This document shows, piece by piece, positions 28,026 through 41,034 of a stretch of 64,000 bases of DNA. The DNA lies in assembly GCF_964204865.1 (NCBI RefSeq), contig NC_135264.1, positions 9,982,001 to 10,046,000 on the forward strand, in the 5' to 3' direction. The stretch is from Styela clava. Its lineage: Eukaryota. Numbering within the stretch: position 1 is the first letter of the stretch; each line of letters opens with the position of its first letter. The notes beneath the pieces are model-generated. The model had not been told where the DNA came from and did no database searches. It saw only the letters and a list, made by a program, of their open reading frames with translations. The position numbers were made by a program, and so were the translations under genes.

Positions 28026-31000
28026 ATGGGTGAATCTAAAGAGAAACAGAACAGCAATGACTTGATTTTAAGAAAAGGAAGACGAAAGTTAAAAATCTTG
28101 TTTTATTGTCATGCAACTGGTGTACATTTGGCAATAGCGACGCTTGCAGCACTACAAACACTTCAGACGAGCATTAACATAAAAGATGACATAGGTGAGT
28201 ATTTTATCATAGCGGACTGAAGTAATATTTGCAAGTGAAATCTGAAGTGAAAAATTTGCAAGCATGGCATGTCCACTCTTTCTGGGGGAATTTACCAGTG
28301 ACCACTAAATTGAACAGAAACACGGTACTATAAGGAATTATGGCGGTGAATTGCGAAATACCTCTTGGTCGTTATGAGAACAGCTATATATATAGGCAAT
28401 AAATTACGCAAAACTAAATTTCTCGATAAAACTGTTTGCATTATTCTTTGTCTGGTGTGTACACTGACAGTGAACGAATGAGAGCTTACTGTCAAATAAG
28501 AACTAAGACTAGAAACTTCGTTTTCGAGAGATAAGTTCTGGAGAATACGATCCATTATAATATCTGAATATTTGTGAAAGGGTTTTCTTCATTTTTATAT
28601 TCCAGGCGCTATTTCATTGACTGCGGCGTATATAACATCCATATTTTTCGGAGTTTTCTGTGTCCCGGCAGTTCTACGTGTGTTCGGTCCTCATGTAGCT
28701 TTAGTGATGTCCGACGTTTGTTATTTACTATATTGTTTGGCAAATTTTTATCCAGGTGAGTGTCAGTTTTCCGTATTTCGATAACTCAAAATTAAAACGG
28801 AACGCTTTTGAACTACACTTATCAATGAACTAAACTGAAAATCGAGGATGTTAGACCCAAAATTCCAGACATCGTCAACGTCATCATTTTCATTGGACAC
28901 GAAAACGATTTGTTAAACTGTTGCTGTTAGTACTCTTTACAGTATGCTTGTTGTTGTGGTGAAAAATCGCCTTTTTCTACAACTACTAGACCAGTGGTTC
29001 TCATTTTTTTGTGGCCCACTTTTATTACACAGAAATTCTGTGACCCACTACCAAAAGAACAAACAATTCTTTCCGTAAAAATGGGCACTCCCACTTTCAT
29101 AATACAATTCAACTCAGTAGCAAAAAAAAAAAAAAACAGCACCATTATTCATTTCTACTACAGTCAGTAGTAACAAAAAGTTCAACAATTCATCAATAAT
29201 TCTAGCAAGTTTTGATGTTTGTGGCCTACCTGAACATGTTTCTGTGGCCCAGCAGTGGGCCATAGCCTCCTGGTTGAGAACCGGTGAACTAGACCAATCG
29301 CTTCAAAATATTGTTGTTGCCTAATTATTCCAAAATTTCTGTGGATTCATGGAATTCGTGTGATCATGACGTCAAAATTAAAAAATTGCGATCGCATTTG
29401 TACCATTTGGTGGTCAGACTACCGGTACCTTAAAATATTTGGTACTACTTGGCTTTCGTGTCTTTATATTTAACAACTGTTGTCTTGTTACTATTTAGAT
29501 TTGGTTGTCCTGACAATCGGAGGCATAATCAGCGGAATCGCTCGAGCACTTTATCTTCCAAGTTACACAATTCTCGTTATGCAAATCGCTTCACAATGTA
29601 TGCAATACTCAACAACGAAACAAGATGGATATTATTTCAATTATTTTCAAAGTCGATTTTATGGAATGGTTGAAGCTGCTTCGGTAAGATTGAAAACGGC
29701 AATATTTAATTGACAGTTTTTTTACTCACCACATAAAGGTAATTGTGTAATATATTTAAGAAGACATTCACCGTCAAATACCAGCTTTCTTTCAATCAGA
29801 TTTTTGAATTATTTTTAGCGTCTTCAGTTTATTGCGTGGTCGACCAACAAAGGTAACACCACATTATCGAATTAAAGGTTTAAAATTATTTTATATTACC
29901 CATTTGATTTCAGATAGTTGGAAACATTTTATCTTACGCAATCTTGTCAGGAACAAAATCCGACTCAGGTTCAGAAGAACTTACATCTGGTAACACTGCA
30001 ATTTCTCCTAACGTTACAACATCTGGCGATTTTTCAAACTCGTACCAATACTGTGGAGTATACGATTGTCAAGATCCAGAAGTTGTCGAGAACAATATAG
30101 ATCAGTATGTTCCCCCAGATCAAATGAGTGTATATATATTCTTAACTGTCGTTAGCAGCCTATCGGTTCTTTCAGTTATCATGCATTCTTTCATATATCC
30201 GGGTCTTGGAACTTTTAGTCATAAATTGACCAAAGTAAGAGAGCGAGTGACCAACAGTCTTGAAGAAAACACAACAAAATCCAATACTGATTTCAACATT
30301 GATGAAATCAGTGTGACATCAAACCACAACAAGAAAAATGACGCCAAATTTCAAATATATGAAAATGAAGGTTTCACAAACGACGAGATTAAAACAAACG
30401 GGAATGTGGCGGATAATGATGACACCAGTTCAATACAGTTGTCCGTGACTTCCATTGAAAGTGCAGAGGTACATGCTCTTAGTAGATTATTTATGGTTAC
30501 ATATATAATATTATAAAGTATGTGCTACCTCTAATTCAAAGTAAGATGATAAACTATTCAAAACTCAGAAATCTAACTTAAAATAAATATTTGATAAGAA
30601 CAGCCCAGTTGGATACATTTTGCAGCTCTATATTTAAATACTAAATGGAAGTATACTTGTCTAAGTTTTCAATAGTTCATATACCGCTTGATGGTGAAAC
30701 AATTGACTGTATATTTGAATATGGACGTCAGAAGGGGTACGTTTTTAGCATGTGAAACATAGGTTAATTAGGTAGTTCAATCAATGAATTGAAAAATCAT
30801 TCTCGGCTTTGGCGTAAGGGATGTTTTCATATGTTATTCAGTTAAGCTGAAACCACCTTTTATTTAGTATTCTAATATTAGTATTTTGGCTAGTATTCTG
30901 GAAATTATGGTTATTAAATTATGCAATTTTCCTGTTGGAAAAATTTCGATTTACAGACAAGTTATGAAAACTACTGGTCAACTCTAAAAGCAACGTTTTT

Positions 31001-32597
31001 GTTTCTCATTTATCCTCGCTCTCTGATGCTGAGTGCATCCGCATTGCATTTTGGAATGTTTCTTGGATTCTGTTTTGCTGATCTTACCAGAGCATACGCT
31101 TCTTGCGTCGCAGGAGTTGAAATGGTAAGCTTGTGCGTCAAGGATAGTGAGCATACAAATTTTTCCTACGCGGTAGAAATAGTGTTTCTATTGAAATTAT
31201 CCCATGCGGTCGAAATAGATTGGTGAGTCTTATAGCAAATGTTCTACCCAAATATCCAATGTACTGCTCACCAATATATTTAAGTTGCAAATATTCAAAA
31301 TACGTCCTATAATAATCTAAGCATTGTGAAGGTCCATATCATATAAACAATGGTAGGATTCAAAATTTTCACGAACCCCTGTAACTGCTCACGTTTGCTA
31401 TAAGTCTCTGATGCAAAACGTTAATGATATTATTGTTTATTTTAGACTGGCCTTTTTGCCATGACATTCGGAGCAGCGGGTATGGTGTCCGCTTTGTTAT
31501 ATGGAAGATTGAACTTCCCATACCGGCGATACGTTATTTATGCGGGATTGTCAGTGTTAGAATTATCGATGTACGTCGCTTGCTATTTATGGAATCCCAA
31601 TCCCGACACAATATGGATGGTTTATATGATGTTTATAGGATGTGGAATTGTAAAAGGAGCTTACAGACAAAATATTGTTGGTGAGAATTTAGAATTAAAT
31701 GAAGAAATTCGATCGCGATGTTTCAAACGTAATTTTTATCTATGTTATCTGCTTTGATGTTGTCATTGGAAACCTATTAGAACTGGCTGCTATTGCTCTA
31801 GCATTTTGTTATAAAACATATAGTTAAACAGTCAATTTTTTGGAAAAGTAAGAATAAGTTTTCAGTATAGAAGAATAAATTACAGATGTTCCCGGGTTAA
31901 AATATAGAATTACCATCGGAAGTCACGAACCATGGAGTTTATGTGATAAAACGAATCAAAACGTTTAAAATTTAATTGCAATAAAGATGTTAAAATTTAC
32001 TACTACAGAAACTTACACTGTACATTTTCTACACAACAAAGATCTCGCGCTCAGTGTTTACAATGTTTGGTTTATGGCGGGATTGGGAATTCAATATGGT
32101 TTGAGTACTTTTATGTGCGTTGAGACAAAACTGTACACACAATTAGGTATTTTTACAGCAGCAATAATACTTTTTGGTAAGTGGATCAGGTACACTATTA
32201 ATTTGATTTTTTATATCAAAGTTACCCCTAAAAAATGTCTGTATCCGAAAAACATACAGAAATGTTGGAAATGAAATTATAACAGGGGCTCGTACTGATC
32301 TAAAAAAACAAAAAAAAAATTTTTCAGCAAAAAAAATAAAAATAAATTGATTCCCTGTTTTAAAAATCGATACAACTATTTGGGCTCAAAAAATAAAAAA
32401 AATAGTTTTCATCATTGACAAATATAGCATTTGTTTGATGCGATTTCATAAAGCACAATCTACAATCCGCGGTTGTAAGTTGCACATATTCTAAAATAAC
32501 CCAATTTCAACGATTTCCAGTTTTAGTTGAATTCATCTACATGCGGGGCAATGGCGTAGAGAAAAATCAAAATAACGAGATTAAAACAAAACTATGA
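28026..32597 (+). CDS. UNC-93-like MFS protein, copy 4
   Basis: Same layout; LQTLQTSIN, CGVYDCQDP, DLTRAYASC; ends IKTKL*. Confidence 0.87.
28992..29286. mobile_element. hAT (Charlie-like) MITE in intron 2 of copy 4
   Basis: TIRs cagtggttctca / tgagaaccggtg; flanks tactagac / aactagac. Confidence 0.85.
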
Positions 32598-33379
32598 ATG
32601 TTGGAATCCTCGAATCTGCGAAGGAAAAAAAGAAACGCGCTGAGAAGAAAATCGCTGTCAACACAAACATCGTTTTAAGATTTTCTAATCATTCGTGGAA
32701 TGTTTTTGTTGTGTATATTTTTCATGTTCATGAAATGAACCCCACAATTTGCATATATTGCACGCTTCACCCGGCAATTTTATAGAAGACATTGACAAAA
32801 AGTCAATCGTATAAATGTTGTTTTATAAAACAAATGCTACAAAAGATGCAATAAAATCGATAAATTCTTACCTGCAATACTTGTATGTTTTTGAGTGTTT
32901 CTTTTCAAATCTTTCATTTTCCATCATAGGATATCTCTGTTGAATATCAGGTATATTTCAGCAATAAGTGGTGTGCGTTCATTGGTCTTCGAGTCAACTT
33001 CGACAATGCAGAGCATGCATTAGTAATATAATTAATAGTAATATAGATATTCTGGAAACAAGAACAATAAAGTTAGTACAAATATTTCATATTTGGGGCA
33101 GTTGAGACATGCTTACAATTGAATAACATTCGCCTGGGAATTCCAGCAGATAAAACAAATTTCGTTCCACAGTTACAGAGATAGAGATTTTACTGAAAAG
33201 ACCAAGAATAGAGTGCAAAATTTCTTTAAAGTTAAGGTCAGGCCATTTAGATCAGTAATCACTATAAATTAATTACAACAGTTTATCTGTGTTAAATTCG
33301 AACGGGCCACGGCTTGCGTTTGGATGGAATAAAGTATTTTTAAGTTCATGTCATTTTTCTAAACTTATATAATTGAAGA

Positions 33380-33622
33380 AAACAATTTTGGTGACGTCAT
33401 CGTAATAACACAAATTCCCTAGAGCCCACGAAAATTTTGTAAATAAATAAAAGTTAGCGTCTTCTAGCCAAAAATACAGTCTTCATTCACTGATAATTTC
33501 AAACCAATTCGTCAAGTGGTAAAAGAGGAAAGCGATATTTTTACAACGACCGTAACAACATCAACAAGAATTCTAAGAACAAGCATGATAACAAAATGAT
33601 CTGTATGTCCAGTTCATGTCTA
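33380..33622 (-). repeat. Dispersed repeat family copy, reverse orientation
   Basis: Reverse complements of the same blocks (gagcccacgaaa, ccaattcgtc, ataacaaaatgatc..gtccagttcatgtc). Confidence 0.65.
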
Positions 33623-33947
33623 ATAAGAAGATCCACTTCACAAAGTAGTGCATATAGGTTTGATACCTAACTCTTGGCAAACACCGAAAATATATACAAC
33701 AGACAACTATTACAAATGATATAAATTTGCAAAAACCATTGTACCCAACGTATAATACAAAAAGTAAACACTGTTGGGGAAAAAAGGAGTCAGGTACCAA
33801 TATCAAATATGTCATGTGTTGTCTAGCCAAACACATAGGGCATATGTATAAAGAGGCTTTATATATTATTTGCAAGCAGTTATTGCAGATGACTTCCTAG
33901 TCAACAGAAACAGTCAGATTAGAACACAACTACAGCAGCCCGTGTCC

Positions 33948-34024
33948 GGAAAATTCGCCGTAGGAAATCTCGCCGCAGAAAATTTCGTTGCATAGGAAAA
34001 CACGCTGCATAAAAAATCGCCGCA
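33948..34024 (+). repeat. Degenerate minisatellite, ~5 units of ~15-17 bp (ggaaaattcgccgca-like)
   Basis: ggaaaattcgccgta ggaaatctcgccgca gaaaatttcgttgcata ggaaaacacgctgcat aaaaaatcgccgca. Confidence 0.7.
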
Positions 34025-34499
34025 AAAGCATTTGAGAAGTAAATTATCCCAAATGTTATCTCGTCTCGATAATTCCAATATTCGACAATGTCTTGATATA
34101 TATACGTGACCCTCTTTCTGACCAACTTTTTAAAAGAGTTTTACACAAGGATTTCATTAGTGAATCATTTTTGGTCTCTTGTAAAAGTGTTTTGTAAACA
34201 TTTTCTTTCCTACTCAAGAAGATTGACATCATCCACTAGTTTTTTTTCTCAGAAGTGTATTCTGAGGAATCGCATGCTCGACTCAAAACATTAGCAACAT
34301 AAACTTCAATGTGATGGTTTTTTAAATATGGTCTTCTCAAGTGGTCTATGGTATTTATAACGGAAACGAGAGATAGGTTCAACATCACGTCGTGTGGAAC
34401 TGCGGTAACTATATAAATTTCATAGATATTATAATAATAAAATCACATTTAGCATCTATAATTTATAAACCACAACTCTGATAACATCCATTGAAACAC

Positions 34500-37400
34500 A
34501 TGGAAGAATCTAAAGAAAAACAGAACAGCAATGACTTGATTTTGAGAAAAGGAAGACGGAAGTTAAAAATCTTGTTTTATTGCCATGCAACTGGTGTACA
34601 TTTGGCGATAGCGACGCTTGTAGCGCTACAAACACTTCAGACGAGCATTAACATAAAAGATGACATAGGTGAGTATTTTATCATAGCGGACTGAAGTAAT
34701 ATTTGCAAGTGAAATCTGAAGTGAAAAATTTGCAAGCATGGCATGTCCACTCTTTCTGGGGGAATTTACCAGCAGTGACCACTAAATTGAACAGAAACAC
34801 TGGTATACTATAAGGAATTATGGCGGTGAATTGCGAAATACCTATTGGTCGTTATGAGAACAGCTATATATATAGGCAATGAATTACGCAAAACTAAATT
34901 TCTCGATAAAACTTTTTGCATTATTCTTTGTCTGGTGTGTACACTGACAGTGAACGAATGAGAGCTTACTGTCAAATAAGAACTAAGACTAGAAACTTCG
35001 TTTTCGAGAGATAAGTTCTGGAGAATACGATCCATTATAATATCTGAATATTTGTGAAAGGGTTTTCTTCATTTTGATATTCCAGGCGCTATTTCATTGA
35101 CTGCGGCGTATATAACATCCATATTTTTCGGAGTTTTCTGTGTCCCGGCAGTTCTACGTGTGTTCGGTCCTCATGTAGCTTTAGTGATGTCCGACGTTTG
35201 TTATTTACTATATTGTTTGGCAAATTTTTATCCAGGTGAGTGTCAATTTTCCGTATTTTTATTTAATCGATAACTCAGAATTAAAACGGAACACCTTTGA
35301 ACTACACTTATCAATGAACTAAACTGAAAATCGAGGATGTTAGACCCAAAATTCCAGACGTCGTCAACGTCATCATTCTTATTGGACACGAAAACGATTT
35401 GTTAAACTGTTGCTGTTAGCACTCTTTCCGGTATGCTTGTTGTGGTAAAAAAATCGCCTTTCTCTTCAACTACTAGACCAGTGGTTCTCATTTTTTTGTG
35501 GCCCACTTTTATTACACAAAGATTCTGTGACCCATTAGCTTTCTCATTTGAGGAAAAAACTACAAAAAGAACAAACTATGCTTTTCGTAAAAATGGGCAC
35601 TCCCACTTTCATAATTATATTCAGTAGCAAAAAAAACAGCACCATTATTCATTTCCACTACAGTCAAAGTTTAGAAATTCATCAATAACTCTAGCAAGTT
35701 TTGATAGGTTTGTGGCCTACCTGAACATGTTTCTGTGGCCCAGCAGTGGGCCATGGCCCCCTGGTTGAGAACCGGTATACTAGACCAATCGCTTCAAAAT
35801 ATTGTTGTTGCTCCAAAATTTTATTCCAAATGTTATTCCAAAATTTTTGTGGATTAAGCTAATGGAATTCGTCTGATCATGACGTCAAAATTAAAAATTG
35901 CGATCGCATTTGTACCATTTGGTGGTCAGACTACCGGTACCTTAAAATATTTGGTACTACTTGGCTTTCGTGTCTTTATATTTAACAACAGTGTCTTGTT
36001 ACTATTTAGATTTGGTTGTCCTGACAATCGGAGGCATAATCAGCGGAATCGCTCGAGCACTTTATCTTCCAAGTTACACAATTCTCGTTATGCAAATCGC
36101 TTCACAATGTATGGAATACTCAACAACGAAACAAGATGGATATTATTTCAATTATTTTCAAAGTCGATTTTATGGGATGGTTGAAGCTGCTTCGGTAAGA
36201 TTGAAAACGGCAATATTTAATTGACAGTTTTTTCTCACCACATAAAAGTAATTGGGTAATTTATTTAAGAAGACACCACGTTTAAATATCAGCTTTCTTT
36301 CAATCAGATTTTTAAATTTTTTTGAGCGACTTTAGTTTATTGCGTGGTCGACCAACATAGGTAACACCACATTATCGAATTAAAGGTTTAAAATTATTTT
36401 ATATTACCCATTTAATTTCAGATAGTTGGAAACATTTTGTCTTACGCAATCTTGTCAGGAACAAAATCCGACTCAAGTTCAGGAGAACTTACATCTGGTA
36501 ACACTACAATTTCTCCTAACGTTACAACACCTGGCGATTTTTCAAACTCGTACCAATACTGTGGAGTATACGATTGTCAAGATCCAGGAGTTGTCGAGAA
36601 CAATATAGATCAGTACGTTCCCCCAGATCAAATGAGTGTATATATATTCTTAACTGTCGTTAGCAGCCTATCGGTTCTTTCAGTTATCATGCATGCTTTC
36701 ATATATCCGGGTCTTGGAACTTTTAGTCATAAATTGACCAAAGTAAAAGAGCGCGTGACCAACAGTCTTGAAGAAAACACAACAAAATCTGACACTGATT
36801 TTAACGTTGATGAAATCAGTGCGACATCAAACAATAACCAGAAAAATGACGCAAAATTTCAAATATATGTAAATGAAGGTTTTACAAACGACGAGAATAA
36901 ATCAAACGGGAATGTGGCGGAATATGATGACACCAATTCAATACAGTTGTCCGTGACGTCCATTGAAAGTGCAGAGGTACATGTTCTCAGTAAATTACTT
37001 TTGATGACATATATAATATTATAAAGTATGTGCCATCTCTTATGTGAAGTAAGATGATAAACTATTCGAAAATCAGAAATCTAACCTACAATTAAAATTC
37101 GACAAGAACAGTCCAGTTAGTTACATCCTGCAGCTCTAGATTTAAATACTGAATGAAACTATCCCAGTCAAAGTTTTCAATTCCATATACTGCTTGATAG
37201 TGAAACAACTGACTGTATATTTGAATATAGAAATCAGAACGTTTACGTGAAACACACGTGAAACACAAGTTAGCACACACGTTAGCACGTGAAACACAAG
37301 TAAACTAAGTATGGTTCAAACAATGAATTAAAAAATCATTCTCGACTTTGCGTAAGGTAATGTTTTTATTACGCTATTCAGTTAATTAAGCTGAAATCAA

Positions 37401-39199
37401 TTTTTATTTAGTATTCTAAAAAAGATGATTATTAAAATTATGCAATTTTCCTGTTGGAAAAATTACGATTTACAGACAACAAGTCATGCAAACTACTGGT
37501 CGACTCTAAAAGCAACGTTTTTGTTTCTCATTTATCCTCGCTCTCTAATGTTGAGCGTATCTGCATTTCATTTTGGAATGTTTTTTGGATTCTGCTTTGC
37601 TGATCTTACCAGAGCGTATGCTTCTTGTGTCGCAGGAGTTGAAATGGTAAGATTGTGCGCCACGGATAGCGAGCATTCAAATTTTTCCCATGCGGTAAAA
37701 ACAGTATTTCTTTTGAGATTTTTCCATGCGGTCAAAATAGATTGGTGCATCTTATAGCAAATATCCTACCCAAATACCCAATGTACTGCTCACCAATATA
37801 TCCAAGTTGCAGATATTCAAAATACGTCCTATAAAAATCTAGGCATTGTGGAGGTCCATATAATATAAGGAAGAATGCAAAATTTTCGCGAACCCTTGTA
37901 ACTGCTCTCGTTTGCTATAAGTCTCTGATTCAAAATGTTAATGATATTATTGTTTATTTTAGACTGGCCTTTTTGCCATGACATTTGGAGCAGCGGGTAT
38001 GGTGTCCGCATTATTATATGGAAGACTGAACTTTCCATACCGGCGATACGTTATTTATGCGGGATTGTCAGTGTTAGAATTATCGATGTACGTTGCTTGC
38101 TATCTATGGAATCCTAATCCCGACACAATATGGATGGTTTATATGATGTTTATAGGATGTGGAATTGTTAAAGGAGCCTACAGACAAAATATTGTTGGTG
38201 AGTATTTACAATTAAATGACGAAATTCTATCGCGAAGTTTTAAACGGTATTTTTGTCTATGTCATCTGCTTTGATGCTGACATTGGAAGCCCATATTATA
38301 ACTTGTTGTTATAGGTCAACCATTTTGTTATAAAACACATAGTTCAAAAGTTTACAGATGATTTTTTTTTGGAAAAGTAGGAATAAGTTTTCAGTATGGA
38401 AGAATAAATTACAGATGTACCCGGGTTGAAATATAGAATTACCGTTGGAAATGCCTTAAAAGATCTAATTCTAAATGAAGTATTTTTTTCTGGATGCGTA
38501 TAAACCAAAAATGAAGTTCAAGTGATTAAAATTTAATTGCAGTAAAATGTTAAAATTTACTATTACAGAGACTTACACTGTACATTTTCTACACAACAAA
38601 GATCTCGCGCTTAGTGTTTACAATGTCTGGTTTACGGCGGGATTGGGAGTTCAATATGGTTTGAGTACTTTTATGTGCGTTGAGACAAAACTATACACAC
38701 AATTAGGTATTTTTACGGCAGCAATAATACTTTTTGGTAAGTGGATTTAGTTCAATGATATTTGATTTTTTATATCAAAAGTTATCCACTCCGACACAAT
38801 ATTCAATATAAGAATATTTATGAGTTGAAATATTAAATACAAATTCAAATATTGGATATTGAAATAACCTTAAATAAATGCTGTCGCTTCCTGCTTTTGC
38901 GAGCAACTGTGATATAAAAAAATGAAGAAAAAAACTGTCTGTACCAGAAAAAAATACAGAAATGTTGGAAATTAAATTATAACAGGGGCTCGTACTGACG
39001 TAAAAAAAATGGTTTTTGGCAAAGAAAACAATAAATTGATTCCTTGTTCTGAAAATCAATAAAAAAAAAAATTTTGTGCCTCTGTGACCATCATTTCATC
39101 TTATATTTATACGACTTTCCAGTTTTAGTTGAATTCATCTACATGCGGGGCGATGGTGTAAAGAAAAATGAAAAGAACGAGATTAAAACAAAACTATAA
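34500..39199 (+). CDS. UNC-93-like MFS protein, copy 5 (recent duplicate of copy 4)
   Basis: Exons nearly identical to copy 4 and introns alignable; ends IKTKL*. Confidence 0.87.
35479..35777. mobile_element. hAT (Charlie-like) MITE, paralogous insertion in copy 5
   Basis: Same element with perfect 8-bp TSD tactagac; the insertion predates the copy 4/5 duplication. Confidence 0.85.
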
Positions 39200-41034
39200 A
39201 TGTTGGAACCATCGAATTTGCGAATGAAAAAGGAAACGCACTGAGAAGAAAATCGCTGTCACCACTAACACCGTTTTATGATTTATACTAATCATCGTTC
39301 GACCGGAATAATGTTTATGCTGTGTAAATTTTTCATGTTCATAAAATAAATCTTACACTTCGCATATATTGCACGCTTCACACGGCAAGATTATAAAAGA
39401 CATTGACAATAAATGTTTAAAGTCAACATACGTGTCAGTTTGGATGTTGTTTTTAAAGAAAAATGCCACAAATAATGCAATAAAATCAATAAATTATTAC
39501 CTGCAATACTCACCAATTATATAGCGGATTACATATTCTGGAGTGTTTCTATTCAAGTCTCTCATTTTCCATCATATGATATCTGTGTTATGAGGTATGT
39601 TTCAGCAAAAAGTGATGTGATTGGTCTTTGAGTCAACTCCGACGACAATGCATTAGTAATATAATAATTAGTAATATAAATATTCTAAAAACAAAAACGA
39701 TAAAGTTAGCACAAAACGCTCCATATTTGGTGTAGTTTTACATGCTTTAGATTGAATACTATTTGCCTGTGAATCCCAGCAGATAAAACGAATATCGTTC
39801 TGAGTTTCAGAGCTAGGGATTTTACTGATGAGACCAACTATAGAGTGCATAGTCTCTCTAAAGTTAAGGTCATGCCATTCAGGTCAGTAATCACTATAAA
39901 TTAATTATAACAGTTTGTCAGTGTTGAAGTCGAAAGCAGGGTTTGTGTTTGGATAGAATGAAGTATATTTTCGTCCATGTCATCATTCTAAAACTTATAT
40001 TATTGATGGAAAACAATTTTAGTGAATTTTCACAATAAAACAAATTCACTAGAGTACACAAAATCTTTTGAAATAAATGAAAGTTATCGCCTTCTAGCCA
40101 AAATATAGTCTTCATGCAATGAAAATTTCAAAGCAATTGGTCAAGTGGTTAAAGAGGAAAGCGATTTTTTCACAATAATCATAACAACAACAACAACAAG
40201 AATTCTAACAACAACAACAGCATGATACCATAACAATCTGCATGACTATAGTTCGTGTCCTGTAAAGTTGTGTATCTTGGTTTGATAACTAACACTTAGC
40301 AAACATTAAATACATATTTTTTCTCGAGATTTGCGGTAACGAAGTAAATATATATACAACAGACAGCTACTACAAATACTGTACTGTAGATTTGTAAATA
40401 ACCGCCCCCAACGTGTAATACAAAAAGTTGGAAAAGGAAAGAGCTTAGAAACCAATATCAAATATATATATCTATTCAGGCAGATGTTTTTATTAGTAAT
40501 CTGTAAATGTATACGGCAGACCTCGGTAGTAAATATAATCCCGTCAATATTGGTATAACAAGTAATGTTGGGAGTACTCGCAACTCAAATTTCTCCCCGC
40601 GAATTGCATTAGTTTGTTGCAGTATATATCTAAAATTGATAGGGGAAGTACAGAGCAATAGATGTTAAATTTACCAATATTTCAAATTACTCAAATAACA
40701 ATATCAATCACGCCCTTCCTATTGTTTAATTACCGTACAAATAATACGACAGCAACTTGTCAAACTAACGGAGTTATGATATTTCGTTTAATTGTGTTAA
40801 TCATTGATACTAGATTTCTTCGAGTATAATAATTGTCTGCTGGTTAGTTGTCACAATAGGTGTGAGAGCATAGGTTTACCATTGGAATATATTAATCCAT
40901 TGCCTATCCAAGACCAAGATTCATTGTATTTTTCATAATAACTTAGTGTCTCTATTTATTAGAAGACTACTGTACTTATATAACACGTATTGGCAGTACC
41001 GCATTATCTCTAATTTCCTACATAAAAGACTCGA

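Larger units (their letters stand above)
27870..40470 (+). repeat. Tandem segmental duplication, units ~27870-33815 and ~34365-40470
   Basis: Proximal upstream DNA, all introns, the 3' UTR and ~1.2 kb downstream align between copies 4 and 5; similarity ends near accaatatcaaatat. Confidence 0.9.

Noticed and set aside
33948-34024. CRISPR-like repeat
   Set aside because: No spacers, no cas genes, eukaryotic context.
27870-40470. Copies 4 and 5 as an uncollapsed haplotype artefact
   Set aside because: The flanks of the two units are unique and the 3' introns are substantially diverged; a real duplication is more likely, though long reads are needed to exclude the artefact.
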